From: Acidobacteriota bacterium
Lineage (GTDB): Bacteria; Acidobacteriota; UBA6911; RPQK01; JAJDTT01
Length of the DNA: 64,000 bases
Assembly: GCA_965263035.1 (NCBI GenBank)
Contig: OZ253580.1
Span: 2,880,001 to 2,944,000 of the forward strand
Direction of reading: 5' to 3'
The translations under genes and the position numbers were made by a program. Within the stretch, counting starts at the first letter, position 1; the number at the start of each line of letters is the position of its first letter. Positions 10,692-21,906 of this stretch are shown piece by piece. A model generated the notes under the pieces. It worked only from the letters and a program-made list of their open reading frames with translations, was not told where the DNA came from and searched no databases.

Positions 10692-12044
10692 GTGGCTTCC
10701 AGTTTCCATATCTTCAGTTTCGGCTGCCGTACAAACCAGTCCGACAGCGCCGCCATCCGGCAGGACTTCCTGGGGCGCGGCTACCGGGAGGCATGGGACT
10801 GGCGGGAAGCGGGGATCATCGTCGTCAACTCCTGTACCGTCACGCATCGATCCGATCAGCAGGTGCGGCAACTGGTCCGCCGGTTTCACCGCGAAAATGC
10901 GGCAGCCCGGATCGTGGTGACGGGTTGCTATGCCCAACGGGATCCGGAAAGTCTGTCCCGAATTCCTGGCGTCGCAGCCGTCATCGGCAACACCCACAAG
11001 AGTGATCTGATCGGGATCGTGGATGGGACGACGGAGTCCCCCCTGACGGCGGACGAGCTGGCGGACGTGTACCGGCAGGAGTTCGTCAAGGTCCGAACCA
11101 TGGAGGGTGCGACCGCCGGATCGCCGGGGCTTCGAGTCCGACCCTTCGTCAAGGTCCAGGACGGCTGCGACGCCAAGTGCACGTACTGCATCATTCCGCT
11201 GGTTCGCGGACCCGGACGGAGCCTGCCACCGGAGCAGGTGCTGGCCCAGGTGCGGCAGCTGACCCGAAAGGGGTTCCAGGAGGTGGTTCTGACCGGAATC
11301 CACATCGGGACCTACGGATTGCATATGAAGCCGCGTTATTCTCTGGGTCGCCTCCTGGCGGACGTGGCCGAGACACCGGGGCTGGTCCGGGTGCGGTTGA
11401 GTTCCATCGAACCCATGGAGCTGTCGCGGCGGGTGATCCAGTTGGCGGCCGGGAACGACAAGATCTGCCCGCATTTCCACATCTGCCTGCAGAGCGGGAG
11501 CAACCGGATCCTGCGGAAGATGTTTCGCCCGTACAACACGTCCAGGTTTGGAGAGATCGTGCAGGAGGTCCGGGCCACGTTGCCACAGGCGGCCATCGGA
11601 ACGGATCTGGTGGTTGGATTTCCGGGGGAGACCCCCCGGGACCACCTTGAAACAGTCCGTTTCGTCCAGGCCATGCCCTTCACCTATCTCCACGTGTTCC
11701 CTTACAGCGACCGGCCCGGAACCCGAGCTTCGGCAATGCGGCCCAAAGTCGACCCGCGGGTGCGGCGTCAGCGGTGTTGGGAGCTGAGGCAGATTTCGGC
11801 GGCCAAGAATCGCGCCTTCCGGCGACGGTTCATGGGCAGGAAGCTTTCGGTTCTGACCCTGGGAGAGTCTGCCGGCGGCAGGTGGGAGGGGATCTCCGCA
11901 AACTACATCAAGATTCGTTTTCCGGTCCCCGTGGCGCCCAACAGAATGGTCCAGGTCGAGGCCGTAGGGGAAACGGAGGATGGCCTGACCGGGCACCCCG
12001 GGTCAGCGTGTCATCCGTCGAGGACGACGCACGCCACTGCGTAG
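10692..12044 (+). CDS. mtaB: tRNA t6A methylthiotransferase (radical SAM)
   Basis: FGCRTNQ, NSCTVT, VQDGCDAKCTYC (CxxxCxxC), HVFPYSDRPGT. Confidence 0.9.
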   Translation: MASSFHIFSFGCRTNQSDSAAIRQDFLGRGYREAWDWREAGIIVVNSCTVTHRSDQQVRQLVRRFHRENAAARIVVTGCYAQRDPESLSRIPGVAAVIGNTHKSDLIGIVDGTTESPLTADELADVYRQEFVKVRTMEGATAGSPGLRVRPFVKVQDGCDAKCTYCIIPLVRGPGRSLPPEQVLAQVRQLTRKGFQEVVLTGIHIGTYGLHMKPRYSLGRLLADVAETPGLVRVRLSSIEPMELSRRVIQLAAGNDKICPHFHICLQSGSNRILRKMFRPYNTSRFGEIVQEVRATLPQAAIGTDLVVGFPGETPRDHLETVRFVQAMPFTYLHVFPYSDRPGTRASAMRPKVDPRVRRQRCWELRQISAAKNRAFRRRFMGRKLSVLTLGESAGGRWEGISANYIKIRFPVPVAPNRMVQVEAVGETEDGLTGHPGSACHPSRTTHATA

Positions 12045-12385
12045 TCGGTGGCGTGGGTGATGGTGAGGAGGCTCCTTTGAGCCTTCGATTCCTCGAAGAT
12101 GGCCGCCGCCTTTCCGTAAAGGGTCAAGCGGGGTTCACCCATCGGGCCGGCCGTGGTTTCGACGTCGCGCCACCGGATCCCGGCCTGCCAACCGGTCCCC
12201 AGGGCCTTCAGGGCCGCCTCTTTGGCTGCGAATCGCCCGGAGAAATGCTGGTATTTGTTCCGGCGCCGGGAGCAGTATCGTATTTCTTCAGGTGTGAAGA
12301 CTCGCTCGGTGATGGATTTGCTGCCGCGTAGAGCCTTGGCGATGCGCGCGACCTCCACGATATCCAGTCCGATTCCGACGACCAT
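12011..12385 (-). CDS. acpS: Holo-[acyl-carrier-protein] synthase
   Basis: GIGLDIVEV, GRFAAKEAALKALGTG, LTITHA. Confidence 0.93.
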   Translation of the reverse strand: MVVGIGLDIVEVARIAKALRGSKSITERVFTPEEIRYCSRRRNKYQHFSGRFAAKEAALKALGTGWQAGIRWRDVETTAGPMGEPRLTLYGKAAAIFEESKAQRSLLTITHATDYAVACVVLDG

Positions 12386-12440
12386 GGGGAACCCTCTGTG
12401 AACCGGGCACAGTTTACCGTGGGGAGGCCGGTCAGTTCCA

Positions 12441-12498
12441 GCAGTCCGCGCACGATGCAGGGACGGTCGAATGCCGTGACGACTTTCGCTACGGGCTG
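12441..12498 (-). repeat. 58-bp dispersed intergenic repeat starting with the IS1182-like terminal repeat (copy 1)
   Basis: Reverse complement matches 62449-62506 at 55/58 positions. Confidence 0.85.
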
Positions 12499-12525
12499 CA
12501 AGGCCATGGTACCTTGGCTCCGCCC

Positions 12526-13278
12526 ATGATGGTGGAGAAGACGGCCGGTGATATCCCCTACCTGGCCTTCCAGGGCCTGACGGCAATCCCGGGTTTCGTC
12601 CACGCCGTCACGACCCGGGCAACCGACGGGTGCCGACGGGCTCGGCAGGCCGCCCGCCCGCCGGAACCGGGAGCGGAATTTCTGAATGCTCTCGGCATTC
12701 CCGCCCGGAACCTGATCCTGTTGAAACAGGAGCACGGAGACGAGGTGCTTGCAGTCGAGGCCGCGAGGCCGCCTGCCGCCGGAGGAAAACCTTCTGCGGA
12801 TGCCGTTGTCCTCTCATCCCCGGGCTGGTATTCGGCGATTCGGACGGCGGATTGTCTTTCGGTGTTGGCCGTGGAGCCGCGGCGGCGGGTGGTGGGGTTG
12901 GTGCACGCCGGCTGGCGGGGAACCTGCAAGCGGGTGACTGCCAAGGCGTTGGCTCACCTGCTCCGTTTGTCGGGGGCAGCTCCCGAGGACCTGTGGGTCG
13001 GGTTCGGTCCCTGCATCCGGAATTGTTGTTACGAGGTCGGCGAGGAGGTGAGGGTCGCCTACCGGGAGCGCGGCCACGAAACACGGGAGATCTTCCGGGG
13101 GAGGTGCCTGGACCTGATCCGGGCCAACCGGCTCCAACTGGAGCAACTGGGCATCAGCCGCATTGTGGACTCCGGCCTCTGCACCTCCTGCTGCAATGAT
13201 CGGTTCTATTCCTACCGGCGGGAGAAGACGGCGCGGAGGATGTGGACTCTGGCCGGCTTTCGTCCCGGCCCGGCGTAA
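12526..13278 (+). CDS. pgeF: YfiH/PgeF family protein
   Basis: QEHG, TADCL, HAGWRG, GPCIRNCCYEVG, FYSYRRE. Confidence 0.85.
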   Translation: MMVEKTAGDIPYLAFQGLTAIPGFVHAVTTRATDGCRRARQAARPPEPGAEFLNALGIPARNLILLKQEHGDEVLAVEAARPPAAGGKPSADAVVLSSPGWYSAIRTADCLSVLAVEPRRRVVGLVHAGWRGTCKRVTAKALAHLLRLSGAAPEDLWVGFGPCIRNCCYEVGEEVRVAYRERGHETREIFRGRCLDLIRANRLQLEQLGISRIVDSGLCTSCCNDRFYSYRREKTARRMWTLAGFRPGPA

Positions 13279-13350
13279 CCGTCCCAGTCCAGGGCGCGGA
13301 GCTGTCAAGGCTCCATCCGCTCGAATGGTCAGGCGGCCCGTGAGCCGGCG

Positions 13351-13833
13351 TCAGAGTTGGATGTTCTCGATCTTCTTCTGTTGCGCCGCCTTGTAGGCCC
13401 TCAGCTTGTCCTGAAGTCCGGCGTCGCTGCGACTCAAGATCTGGACCGCCACCAGGCCCGCGTTGCGGGCGCCGGCTTTGCCGATGGCCATGGTGGCCAC
13501 CGGCACCCCGCCCGGCATCTGAACCGTGGCCAAAAGGGCGTCCAGGCCTTTCAGTGGCGAAGAGTCGATGGGCACACCGATCACGGGGAGAATGGTATGG
13601 GCCGCCAGCACGCCGGCCAGATGGGCGGCCGCACCGGCGCCTGCAATCAAGACCTGAATTCCACGGCCTTCCGCATCCCGTGCAAAGTCCTGGGTCAGAG
13701 TGGGCGAGCGGTGGGCCGAAAGAACTCGGATGTCGTAGGGAACGCCAAAATCCTCCAGGATCTTGCTCGCCTCCCGCATCACTCCGAGATCGGAAACGCT
13801 GCCCATGAGGATGCCGACTTTCGGTGCGCTCAT
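13351..13833 (-). CDS. purE: N5-CAIR mutase
   Basis: [36 protein letters not shown]. Confidence 0.95.
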   Translation of the reverse strand: MSAPKVGILMGSVSDLGVMREASKILEDFGVPYDIRVLSAHRSPTLTQDFARDAEGRGIQVLIAGAGAAAHLAGVLAAHTILPVIGVPIDSSPLKGLDALLATVQMPGGVPVATMAIGKAGARNAGLVAVQILSRSDAGLQDKLRAYKAAQQKKIENIQL

Positions 13834-15128
13834 TCTGAATTCCTTTCTGATGGGGACAATCGCCTGTACGCGATGTCTCGCCGACAGTAGATACCGTCGA
13901 AGTGGATCTCATTCAATCCCGCATAGGCTCGCCGAACCGCCTCCTCGAGAGAGGGGGCCAGTGCCGTGACGCCCAGGACCCTCCCGCCGCTGGTCACGAA
14001 CCGGCCGCCGGCGTGGGAGGTGCCGGCGTGGAACACCACGAGCTTCTCCATCCGTCCTGCCCTCTCCAATCCGGAGATCTCCTGTCCTTTGAGGTAGGAC
14101 CCGGGGTAGCCCTGCGAAGCGGCGACCACGCAGACCGCTGCGCCGGGGGTCCATTCGGCCCGGGCACCCGCCAGGTCGCCGCAGGCCGCCCGGAACAGAA
14201 GCGTGGAGAGGTCGCTCTGGAGCCGCGGCAGGATGACCTGTGCTTCCGGGTCCCCGAAGCGCACGTTGAACTCCAGGACTTTGGGGCCGTCGGCCGTGAG
14301 CATCAGTCCGGCGTAGAGGATTCCGGCGAAGGGATGGCCCTCCTGGTTCATACCCTCTACCGTGGGGAGAATGACTTCGTCCAGGATCCGCAGCCGCAGT
14401 TCGGGGGACAAGAGACCGTCCATGGAGTAGGCGCCCATTCCGCCTGTGTTGGGTCCCCGGCCTCCTTCGAAGATCTGCTTGTGGTCCTGGGAGGGAACCA
14501 TGGGGACCACGTTGCCGGTTCCATCGGCCAGGACCATGAACGACGCTTCCTCGCCTCGTAGAAACTCCTCGATCACCAGCCGGTCGCCGGCGCTTCCGAA
14601 TCGTCTTTCGCGCATGATCCGGTCGACGGACGCGATGGCCTCCTGCAGGTCGGTGCAGATCAGGACTCCCTTGCCGGCCGCCAGACCATCGGCCTTGAGC
14701 ACCACGGGAAAGTCGAAGCGGCCGTTTCGGAGCGCCTGTTCCGCCGCGGCGGCTTGTTCGTATACGTGGTAGGCAGCCGTGGGGATCTGATGGCGGGCCA
14801 TGAAATCCTTGGCGAACGCCTTGCTCCCCTCCAGCCGGGCCGCTTTCGCCGAAGGACCCACGAGCGGTACGCCGGCTTGACGAAAAAGGTCCCCGATGCC
14901 GTCCACCAGGCTGGCTTCCGGTCCGACGACGGCCAGATCCACACCTTGGCTGACGGAGAAGTCCAACAGTTGCCGGGGAGAGAGCTTGGGAAGGAGACGG
15001 GTCTTGGCGGCCTCCGCAATGCCGGCGTTTCCGGGAGAGCAGTAAAGCTTCCGGACCCGGTCGCTCAGGCCCAGTTTCCAGACCAGCGTATGTTCTCTTC
15101 CGCCTGAGCCGACAACTAGTATTTTCAC
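13830..15128 (-). CDS. purD: Phosphoribosylamine-glycine ligase
   Basis: ILVVGSGGREH, KADGLAAGKGV, GPNTGGMGAY, EFNVRFGDPE. Confidence 0.96.
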   Translation of the reverse strand: MKILVVGSGGREHTLVWKLGLSDRVRKLYCSPGNAGIAEAAKTRLLPKLSPRQLLDFSVSQGVDLAVVGPEASLVDGIGDLFRQAGVPLVGPSAKAARLEGSKAFAKDFMARHQIPTAAYHVYEQAAAAEQALRNGRFDFPVVLKADGLAAGKGVLICTDLQEAIASVDRIMRERRFGSAGDRLVIEEFLRGEEASFMVLADGTGNVVPMVPSQDHKQIFEGGRGPNTGGMGAYSMDGLLSPELRLRILDEVILPTVEGMNQEGHPFAGILYAGLMLTADGPKVLEFNVRFGDPEAQVILPRLQSDLSTLLFRAACGDLAGARAEWTPGAAVCVVAASQGYPGSYLKGQEISGLERAGRMEKLVVFHAGTSHAGGRFVTSGGRVLGVTALAPSLEEAVRRAYAGLNEIHFDGIYCRRDIAYRRLSPSERNSE

Positions 15129-15166
15129 TCTTGCTCAGCGACCAGCAGGCAGGAACCGTGCTTGGG

Positions 15167-15448
15167 TCAGCTCTTCTTTTTGGAGTCAGCCTTGGGGGCC
15201 GAACTCTCGGCGGCGGCCTTGGCCGGGTCCTTCTTGTCGGTTTCGGTTTTCTTCTGGGAGTCGGCACCCTTGCGGGCGTAGTCGGTAACGTACCAGCCTG
15301 TCCCCTTGAACTGGATGCTGGGAGCCGAAATCAGCTTTTCCAGCGTTCCGCCGCAAGAACCGCACGTCTCCAAGGGTGGATCCGAGAATCGTTGAAGCGC
15401 TTCGATCGTCTCTCCGCAACTGTCGCAAGCGTACTCGTAAAGCGGCAT
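15167..15448 (-). CDS. FmdB family zinc-ribbon protein
   Basis: MPLYEYACDSCG...CGSCGG...FKGTGWYVTDY. Confidence 0.9.
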   Translation of the reverse strand: MPLYEYACDSCGETIEALQRFSDPPLETCGSCGGTLEKLISAPSIQFKGTGWYVTDYARKGADSQKKTETDKKDPAKAAAESSAPKADSKKKS

Positions 15449-15604
15449 AGTGGCACCCGCAAGCAACCCCTCCGAAAACCGTAGAATATAGCAGTCCTTG
15501 CCGGTGTTTTCCACGGCGTGGTGCAGTCGCCTCTGCAACGGTATCCGCGACCACCGGTCATCCCTGATTCCTCTTTCCCCTCCTCTTTGAGATACTGACT
15601 CACG

Positions 15605-16894
15605 ATGTTGGATCGGGCCTTCATCAGGGGCAATTTGGAGCAGGTCGAGACCAGGCTGAAGACCCGCCGCTTTTCCTTGGCCGTCGAGGAGTTTCGGTCT
15701 CTGGACGCTCGCGAGCGGACGGTCCGGATCGAATCGGAGGAGCTGAGGGCCGGCCGCAACCGAACCAGCAACGAGATCGCACAGCGGCGCAAGCGGGGCG
15801 ATGATGCCAGTTCCCAGATCCGGGAGATGAAGCGGGTTTCCGCCAGGATCAAGGAGTTGGATGAGAGCCTGACCGACCTCCGGGGCCGAATGGAAGCCTT
15901 CCTCTCCTGGATCCCGAATCTGCCGGCCGAGGGGGTTCCGGTGGGAAGAGACAGCGGTGCCAATAAAGTCGTCCGCGTGGTGGGCGACCCGCCCGAGTTT
16001 TCCTTTCCCGTCCGGGACCATGTCGAGCTGGGGGCCCGCCTGGGCATCCTGGACCTGGAGCGGGCCAGCAAGATCGCCGGCGCCCGTTTCAGCCTCTATT
16101 CCGGCGCCGGCGCCCTGCTGGAGCGGGCGCTTATCAACATGATGCTGGACCTCCACACCCGTTCCCACGGATACAGGGAGGTGATTCCTCCCTTCATGGC
16201 CAATCGCAGCAGTTTCTTCGGGACCGGAAACCTCCCCAAGTTCGAGGAAGACCTCTTCCGGGTGGCGGACTCCGACTACTTCCTCGTCCCCACCGCCGAG
16301 GTCCCGCTGACCAATATTTTTGCCGGCGAGATCTTGGAGGAGGTGGATCTTCCCATCAACCTCACGGCATACACGCCCTGCTTCCGGAGGGAGGCCGGCT
16401 CTTACGGCAAGGACACCCGGGGGTTGATTCGCCTGCACCAGTTCAACAAGGTCGAGCTGGTCAAGTTCACGCAGCCGGAAGAGTCGTCCCGGCAATTGGA
16501 GCAGCTGACAAGCCACGCCGAAGCCGTTCTCAAGGCGCTGGGAATCCCCTACCGGGTTGTGGTGCTTTCCACCGGCGACATGGGATTCAGCGCGGCCAAG
16601 ACGTACGATCTGGAGGCGTGGGTCCCCAGCCAGAACACTTATCGGGAGATTTCCTCCTGCAGCAACTTCACCGACTTCCAGGCTCGGCGCTGCAGGATTC
16701 GTTGCCGCCCGGCTCAGGGCTCGGGAAACCGGCTGGTCCACACCCTGAACGGGTCCGGACTGGCGGTCGGACGGACCTGGGTAGCCTTGGTGGAGAATTT
16801 CCAGGAGGAGAACGGAAGCGTTCGGATTCCAGAGGCGCTCCACCCCTATATGCATGGACTGGAGCGTCTGGTGCCGGGGGGGCGTTCAGGATGA
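15605..16894 (+). CDS. serS: Serine-tRNA ligase
   Basis: [50 protein letters not shown]. Confidence 0.97.
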   Translation: MLDRAFIRGNLEQVETRLKTRRFSLAVEEFRSLDARERTVRIESEELRAGRNRTSNEIAQRRKRGDDASSQIREMKRVSARIKELDESLTDLRGRMEAFLSWIPNLPAEGVPVGRDSGANKVVRVVGDPPEFSFPVRDHVELGARLGILDLERASKIAGARFSLYSGAGALLERALINMMLDLHTRSHGYREVIPPFMANRSSFFGTGNLPKFEEDLFRVADSDYFLVPTAEVPLTNIFAGEILEEVDLPINLTAYTPCFRREAGSYGKDTRGLIRLHQFNKVELVKFTQPEESSRQLEQLTSHAEAVLKALGIPYRVVVLSTGDMGFSAAKTYDLEAWVPSQNTYREISSCSNFTDFQARRCRIRCRPAQGSGNRLVHTLNGSGLAVGRTWVALVENFQEENGSVRIPEALHPYMHGLERLVPGGRSG

Positions 16895-16943
16895 ACGCGG
16901 CGGGCCAAAGGCGCCGGATCGACCCGGGAGCGTTCCTGAAGAG

Positions 16944-17894
16944 ATGATCGGTTTCAATCTGGACAGGTCCGTTCGGCTCACTTTCTACGAGCAGATCAAG
17001 GGACAGCTGCTCTCGGCCATCTACTGCGGCAAGATTCGAGCGGGCGATCGGCTCCCGTCCATGCGGGAGGTGTCCGATGATCTGGGAATCAACTACAAGA
17101 CGACCCGCAAGATCTACTTGAAATTGGCCGGGGAGAACTATCTGGAGATCGTGAAGGGAAGCGGGGCCTTCCTGAAGGAAAGGAGCGGCGAGGCCTCCTA
17201 TGAGCAGATGCGGCGGCAGGCGGTCTTCAACCTGCTGGGGGAAGTGTCCGACAAGGCCAGGAGCCTGGGCCTCTCCCCGGCCAAGTTCAGCGACCTGCTG
17301 GACGCCTACTGGACCGGGACCGATCTGCGGGAGCTGCATCTGGCCGTCGTGGACCACGAAGAGGAGGCGTACGTCTTCTCCCGGGAGCTGGAGCTCCGCA
17401 TGAAGAGAGTGCGGGCCCGGAGCGTTTCGTTGGGCGACGTCGACAGCGAGGCTGCCCGGGCGCTCCTCAGGGACAGCGAGTTCCTTCTGACGACCAGTTA
17501 CCACCTGGAGGAAGTCAAGGAGCTGGCCCGCCGTTTTAGAAAGAAGCTGGTGGAGATCAAGCCCAGCCACGAGATCTATCGTGAGGTTCTGAGTGCGGCC
17601 CGCCATGAGAACGTGGCCATCGTGGTGCGGGATGAGGATACCCTGCATGCTTCCTGGGACGTCTTCATGAACCTCTACCACCCTTCGACGGAGATGAAGT
17701 TCTGGATCGCTCCCATTTCCAGGCAGGACCTCATTGAGAAGATCGTCCGGGATGCGGATCTGATTTTCGTTTCGCCCATGTGCTGGGACGAGATGCGAAA
17801 GCGGACGCCGCCGGCAAAGACGCTGAAGACGTACGACAAGTTCATTTCCCAGGAAACAATCGACCAGCTCCGAGCGCTCCAGCTCTTGGGGTAG
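16944..17894 (+). CDS. GntR (YtrA-like) HTH regulator with long C-terminal domain
   Basis: YEQIKGQL...GDRLPSMREVSDDLGINYKT...GSGAF winged HTH. Confidence 0.8.
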   Translation: MIGFNLDRSVRLTFYEQIKGQLLSAIYCGKIRAGDRLPSMREVSDDLGINYKTTRKIYLKLAGENYLEIVKGSGAFLKERSGEASYEQMRRQAVFNLLGEVSDKARSLGLSPAKFSDLLDAYWTGTDLRELHLAVVDHEEEAYVFSRELELRMKRVRARSVSLGDVDSEAARALLRDSEFLLTTSYHLEEVKELARRFRKKLVEIKPSHEIYREVLSAARHENVAIVVRDEDTLHASWDVFMNLYHPSTEMKFWIAPISRQDLIEKIVRDADLIFVSPMCWDEMRKRTPPAKTLKTYDKFISQETIDQLRALQLLG

Positions 17895-17934
17895 CGGTCG
17901 AGAGTAAACGGCCGATCCCACGGCAGGCGCAGGA

Positions 17935-19023
17935 ATGATCGATCGGGAAGGCCGCGTGACGCGGCCAAACGCCGGGCGGACAGCCGTCTCCGAGCCCTAT
18001 GTTCGGAGTCTCCCCAAGGCCGAGTTGCATCTTCATCTCGAGGGCAGCGTCGGGCCTGAGCGGCTCCATGCCCTCGCCTGCAAGTACGGCACGGAATACG
18101 CTTCCCTGAGCGTCGCCGAGCTGACGGAGAAACTTTACCGGTACCGGAGCCTCCATGAATTCCTGGGCGCTTTCAAAGTGGTTTGCCAACACTTGCGCGG
18201 CAAGGAGGACTATGCCGGCATCCTGGAGGACTTGGCCGAGAGTCTCCTCAGGCAGGGAGTCTTCTATGCGGAGATCACCTACGCCCCTTCCATTCCCTGG
18301 ATCTGGGGCCGGGACGGCCGGGAAATCCTGCAGCATCTATTGAAAACAGGATCCCGGTTCGAGGAGAAGGGTCTGATCATTCGCTGGGTGTTGGACTGCG
18401 TTCGCCAGTTCGGTGTGGAAGCGGCCTGGAGGACGGCCCGGCTGTCGGCGGAGCACCGGACCGAAGGCGTCGTGGCGTTGGGGATGGGAGGGGACGAATT
18501 GTCCCTTCCCCTGATCGAGTATCGCGACGTTTTTCTGTGGGCCAAGGCCCATGAGATCTACGTCCATATCCACGCCGGCGAGATCGGCGGGCCGGATCAG
18601 GTCTGGAGCGCCCTCAAGGACCTGGGCGCGAACCGGATCGGCCACGGCGTCCAGGCGGCCCGGGACCCGCGCCTGATCGAGTATCTGCGGGAGCATGCCG
18701 TGGGGTTGGACGTCTGCCTCACCAGCAACCTCAGGACCCGGGCGTGGGCGCCACTGTCGCAGCATCCCTTTCCCCTCTTGTACCGTCGCGGGGTTCCGGT
18801 AACCCTGAACACGGACGATCCCGGCCTGTTCCAGACCAGCTTGACCCAAGAATACCTGAAGGCCTCGCGGATTTTCGGACTGACGGCAAAGGACCTTCAA
18901 CGGGTCGCGTTGCAGGCGGTTCGGTGTTCCTTCCTGCCTCACGAGGCCAAGATGGCCCACATGCAGCGGATCCAGGACCAGATGGAGCCGGGCGGAATTC
19001 CGCAAACTGGACGGGGGCTGTGA
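17935..19023 (+). CDS. add: Adenosine deaminase family protein
   Basis: PKAELHLHLEGS, HAGE, RIGHG, NTDDP. Confidence 0.88.
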   Translation: MIDREGRVTRPNAGRTAVSEPYVRSLPKAELHLHLEGSVGPERLHALACKYGTEYASLSVAELTEKLYRYRSLHEFLGAFKVVCQHLRGKEDYAGILEDLAESLLRQGVFYAEITYAPSIPWIWGRDGREILQHLLKTGSRFEEKGLIIRWVLDCVRQFGVEAAWRTARLSAEHRTEGVVALGMGGDELSLPLIEYRDVFLWAKAHEIYVHIHAGEIGGPDQVWSALKDLGANRIGHGVQAARDPRLIEYLREHAVGLDVCLTSNLRTRAWAPLSQHPFPLLYRRGVPVTLNTDDPGLFQTSLTQEYLKASRIFGLTAKDLQRVALQAVRCSFLPHEAKMAHMQRIQDQMEPGGIPQTGRGL

Positions 19024-19048
19024 GAGAATGGAGGCGACTCACAAGCCC

Positions 19049-19138
19049 GGAGGAGTGGCCGAGTGGTTTAAGGCGGCGGTCTTGAAAACCGCTGTGTCCG
19101 GAAGGGCACCGTGGGTTCGAATCCTACCTCCTCCGCCA
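19049..19138 (+). tRNA. tRNA-Ser(TGA)
   Basis: GGAGGAG/CTCCTCC acceptor stem, anticodon arm GCGGT-CTTGAAA-ACCGC, long variable arm, GTTCGAATC, encoded CCA. Confidence 0.96.
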
Positions 19139-19233
19139 CCACGTATTTGTAAATCTCTATAAATAAAGTATAATTTAGGATTTAGGGAAATTAGATATCA
19201 CTTTAAAGATCAGAAGTGATACTGAGCGGTCGG

Positions 19234-20265
19234 CTATTTCCCTGCCAGAAGCCCCGACGTGGCCAGCACCTCAGTGACGGCCACACCCCCGGTGACTAGC
19301 TTTTGGAACGCTTACGCCCTTCCCGCCAAATTCAGCGGACCGCTGTCGAATTTCAGGCTCACGTCCCCTTCCAGCTTCAGCACCAGTTCATGCTCCAAGA
19401 GCCGAGCCAGCGGTAATATGGTGTTCAGGCGCCACCGCCTTTTCGCCTCCCGTTGAGCCGTCCCGTCTGCATCGAGAAACAAACTCGGAGGAGTTCTGCA
19501 CGCTGCCAGCACCGACCGGCTCACGTCCTCATGGAGCGTACACAGTGCCTCCGGTGAACCCGGCCCGAGCTTGGACAGAATCAATCCTTCTGCAAAGATC
19601 CACCGCGTCCCTCTCCCCAACGGGTAGCCGTCGTCTAGACCAAGGCCAGTCCTCCGCCCAGGGACTTGAAATCCGCCTACATGTCTGCAAGAGGGTCCGG
19701 TTCTTCGTCCTGGTCGGCATCTTCGCCCTGGGGAACCGGGAGCAAGAATCCGGTAAGAGTTGAAGACTCAGAAGCTAGCGAACTCTCCAAGGCCCCAACG
19801 AACGTACCAGTCTAGTCTGCTACCTCAAGCGGCCCCTGTCCCTTCCATGCATTCGCAGGATCGACGGCCTACTGGCTCAGAGCCACGGAATCCCAGGGAA
19901 CCATCCGGGGAGAGTCCGTGTCCGGTCCGCACAGATCCGCCGCGAAGCGCCAGGACGCGGGAGACGGCCCGCACTTCACGTCTCAACTTCCAACCGGCGT
20001 CAGGATCCGTCGCCCGTGTTCGCAGCTGATCAGAAACAAGACTTCTCCGGTGCGGACCAATTTACGTTCTATCGGATTCAGGACCGATGGAGTCGGCACC
20101 TGCGCTGGTTTCCTGACCCGCTGTGCCCCTCAGCCGGCTATCCAGATGAATGTCGGGGGCGTGCTTGAACCGAGTCAATCGCAGAAGCTGAACTTTGGTG
20201 TGCATCGCATTGCGCGGCGGTTCCAGGTCCATCCTGGCCTCCTCTCTGTTGGGAAGAAAGCTCAT
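19234..20265 (-). pseudogene. Degraded phage portal-like gene
   Basis: Hand translation across stops gives ..LVRTGEVLFLI..PASWRFAADLCGP..AVDPANAWKGQGPL..GFLLPVPQ..DADGTAQREAKRRW..NLAGRA*AFQKLV; resembles satellite portal proteins from memory; several stops and frameshifts; 5' limit uncertain. Confidence 0.55.
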
Positions 20266-20514
20266 CCTAACCTCGCCCTGAATGGAGCGGACAGATCATG
20301 GACTAACGACACTCGGAGCAGTTGGGACTTGTTGCGGGGAGGCCAATGGAATATTCTTGGGATTCCCAAGTCGAGCCCGCCGAGTGATGACACACTCGGC
20401 AGGCTCTGGACCGACCCCGTCCTGCGATGGAGGAGGAGTCAGCCTTACCGGTATTCTACCTGAATCCCACCGCTATCTGAGTCCGTCGCAGGACAATCTC
20501 CTGGAAGACTTGCC

Positions 20515-21384
20515 ATGTCTGATGCACCCAAAGACGACACCAGACGTAATCTGACCATTATTGGAATCATTCTGGCTGTACTAATCCTTATGATTTCGCT
20601 AGTTGTCCTGATCGATCCCGAACTGCGGGCAGCTTTCATGCAGGTTCAGAAGGACCAGCATGAAGACATGATCGAAACGGAGAGTTCACAGGAATCCCTG
20701 AACGCCTTAGATCTTCGACAGAATCCGGTTCCGGAATCTAGCCACTCCGAGTCCGACCCATCTGTCGTCCGGGTCAGCAACGAAGTGCCCGACGACAATG
20801 GGACCGTCGGCGTATGGTGGAGGGACGCCGGTGCCCTTTCCGGAAAACTTCGGATCAAGCAGGTGGGAGCCAAGCTGACGGCAAACTGGACCTTCATGAA
20901 CGGGCAAACCATGACTCGGAAACTCGTAGAGTCCAAGGAAGCCGGACTGAGGCGGTTCGACATCCCGGAGAGCGCACCCCACAACGAGTATTACATCCTC
21001 CAAGAGGATGGGTGGTTGCGCCTGGGTGGTCCCAACGGCGTGTTTCAAGTAATCCCACCCGACTCGTTGAACATCCCTAAAAGCGCCCCTCCAAACCCGC
21101 AGGCATACTCGCCTGCAAGAGGGCACTCCTCTTGTGACGGATTGAAGCACCTTGATCCCTGGAACGGGGAGAGTCCCGAATTGAACCGGGCAGTGCAGCT
21201 CCGCCTGAACGATCCCAATAGCTTGGAGGTGTTGGAAACGAAGATCGGCGAGAACGAGTCCGGGCGTCACCTCATCACGATGGAGTTCACGGCCCGAACC
21301 CCATTTGGGGGAAGAAAAAGAATGCGGGCTGTGGGCTGGCTGGATCACGACACCAAGGATGTGGAATTGACCTTCTTGAGATAG
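20515..21384 (+). CDS. Hypothetical protein with N-terminal membrane anchor
   Basis: 289-aa ORF; hydrophobic IIGIILAVLILMISLVVLI; C-terminal LNDPNS...ARTPFGG segment. Confidence 0.7.
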   Translation: MSDAPKDDTRRNLTIIGIILAVLILMISLVVLIDPELRAAFMQVQKDQHEDMIETESSQESLNALDLRQNPVPESSHSESDPSVVRVSNEVPDDNGTVGVWWRDAGALSGKLRIKQVGAKLTANWTFMNGQTMTRKLVESKEAGLRRFDIPESAPHNEYYILQEDGWLRLGGPNGVFQVIPPDSLNIPKSAPPNPQAYSPARGHSSCDGLKHLDPWNGESPELNRAVQLRLNDPNSLEVLETKIGENESGRHLITMEFTARTPFGGRKRMRAVGWLDHDTKDVELTFLR

Positions 21385-21566
21385 CCTGGAGGTAGTCGTA
21401 AGTCCGGTTGGGCAAGACTGATATTAAGATCCACCGCCTCCGCGCTTGGCCCGTGTCGCTTGATTTTCCATTGACGGTACCAATGGGACATTACCCAAGC
21501 GAAATCGAAGACGCGCTGCATGACCTGCTCTCCCAACCAGCCTACTTCCATCGTGTAACTCGTTTT

Positions 21567-21740
21567 CAAGGTCCTCGCGCTCGCACCACTGGAGAAACCA
21601 CCGGACGACCCAGGCATAGGGCTGCCGGGTCTCGGCGTTGGATTATCCGGGCAGAGAACAACTCGTCGGCCGCAACGCAGGCGGTGGCGCCAGCCCGTTC
21701 CAGGACCGGCGGGGGAACCTCCGCAGGCAGGTCCCCGCGG
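21567..21740 (-). pseudogene. 5' remnant of a paralog of the tyrosine recombinase at 33447-34424
   Basis: Clear DNA similarity to about 34208-34380, e.g. GAGAAACCACC and AACTCGTCGGC..GCAGGC..GCCCGTT.CAGGACCGGCGGG. Confidence 0.8.
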
Positions 21741-21906
21741 GCGGCCTGTGAGCGGGTCCGGGAACTGGTGAGTTAGCACGATGACCAGGTGGTCCTGAAA
21801 TCCCTCCGGTGACTGAACATGCCGGTCCGTTCCAGCCGGCATATTCGTGGAGGACGGGAGAACTCCTCCCGAGACAATACGGAACAGTGTGAAAACGAGG
21901 AGTCTA

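Noticed and set aside
21391-21408. Possible cassette motif GGACTTACGACTACC on the minus strand
   Set aside because: Only ACTACC matches, and it is opposite to the adjacent gene.
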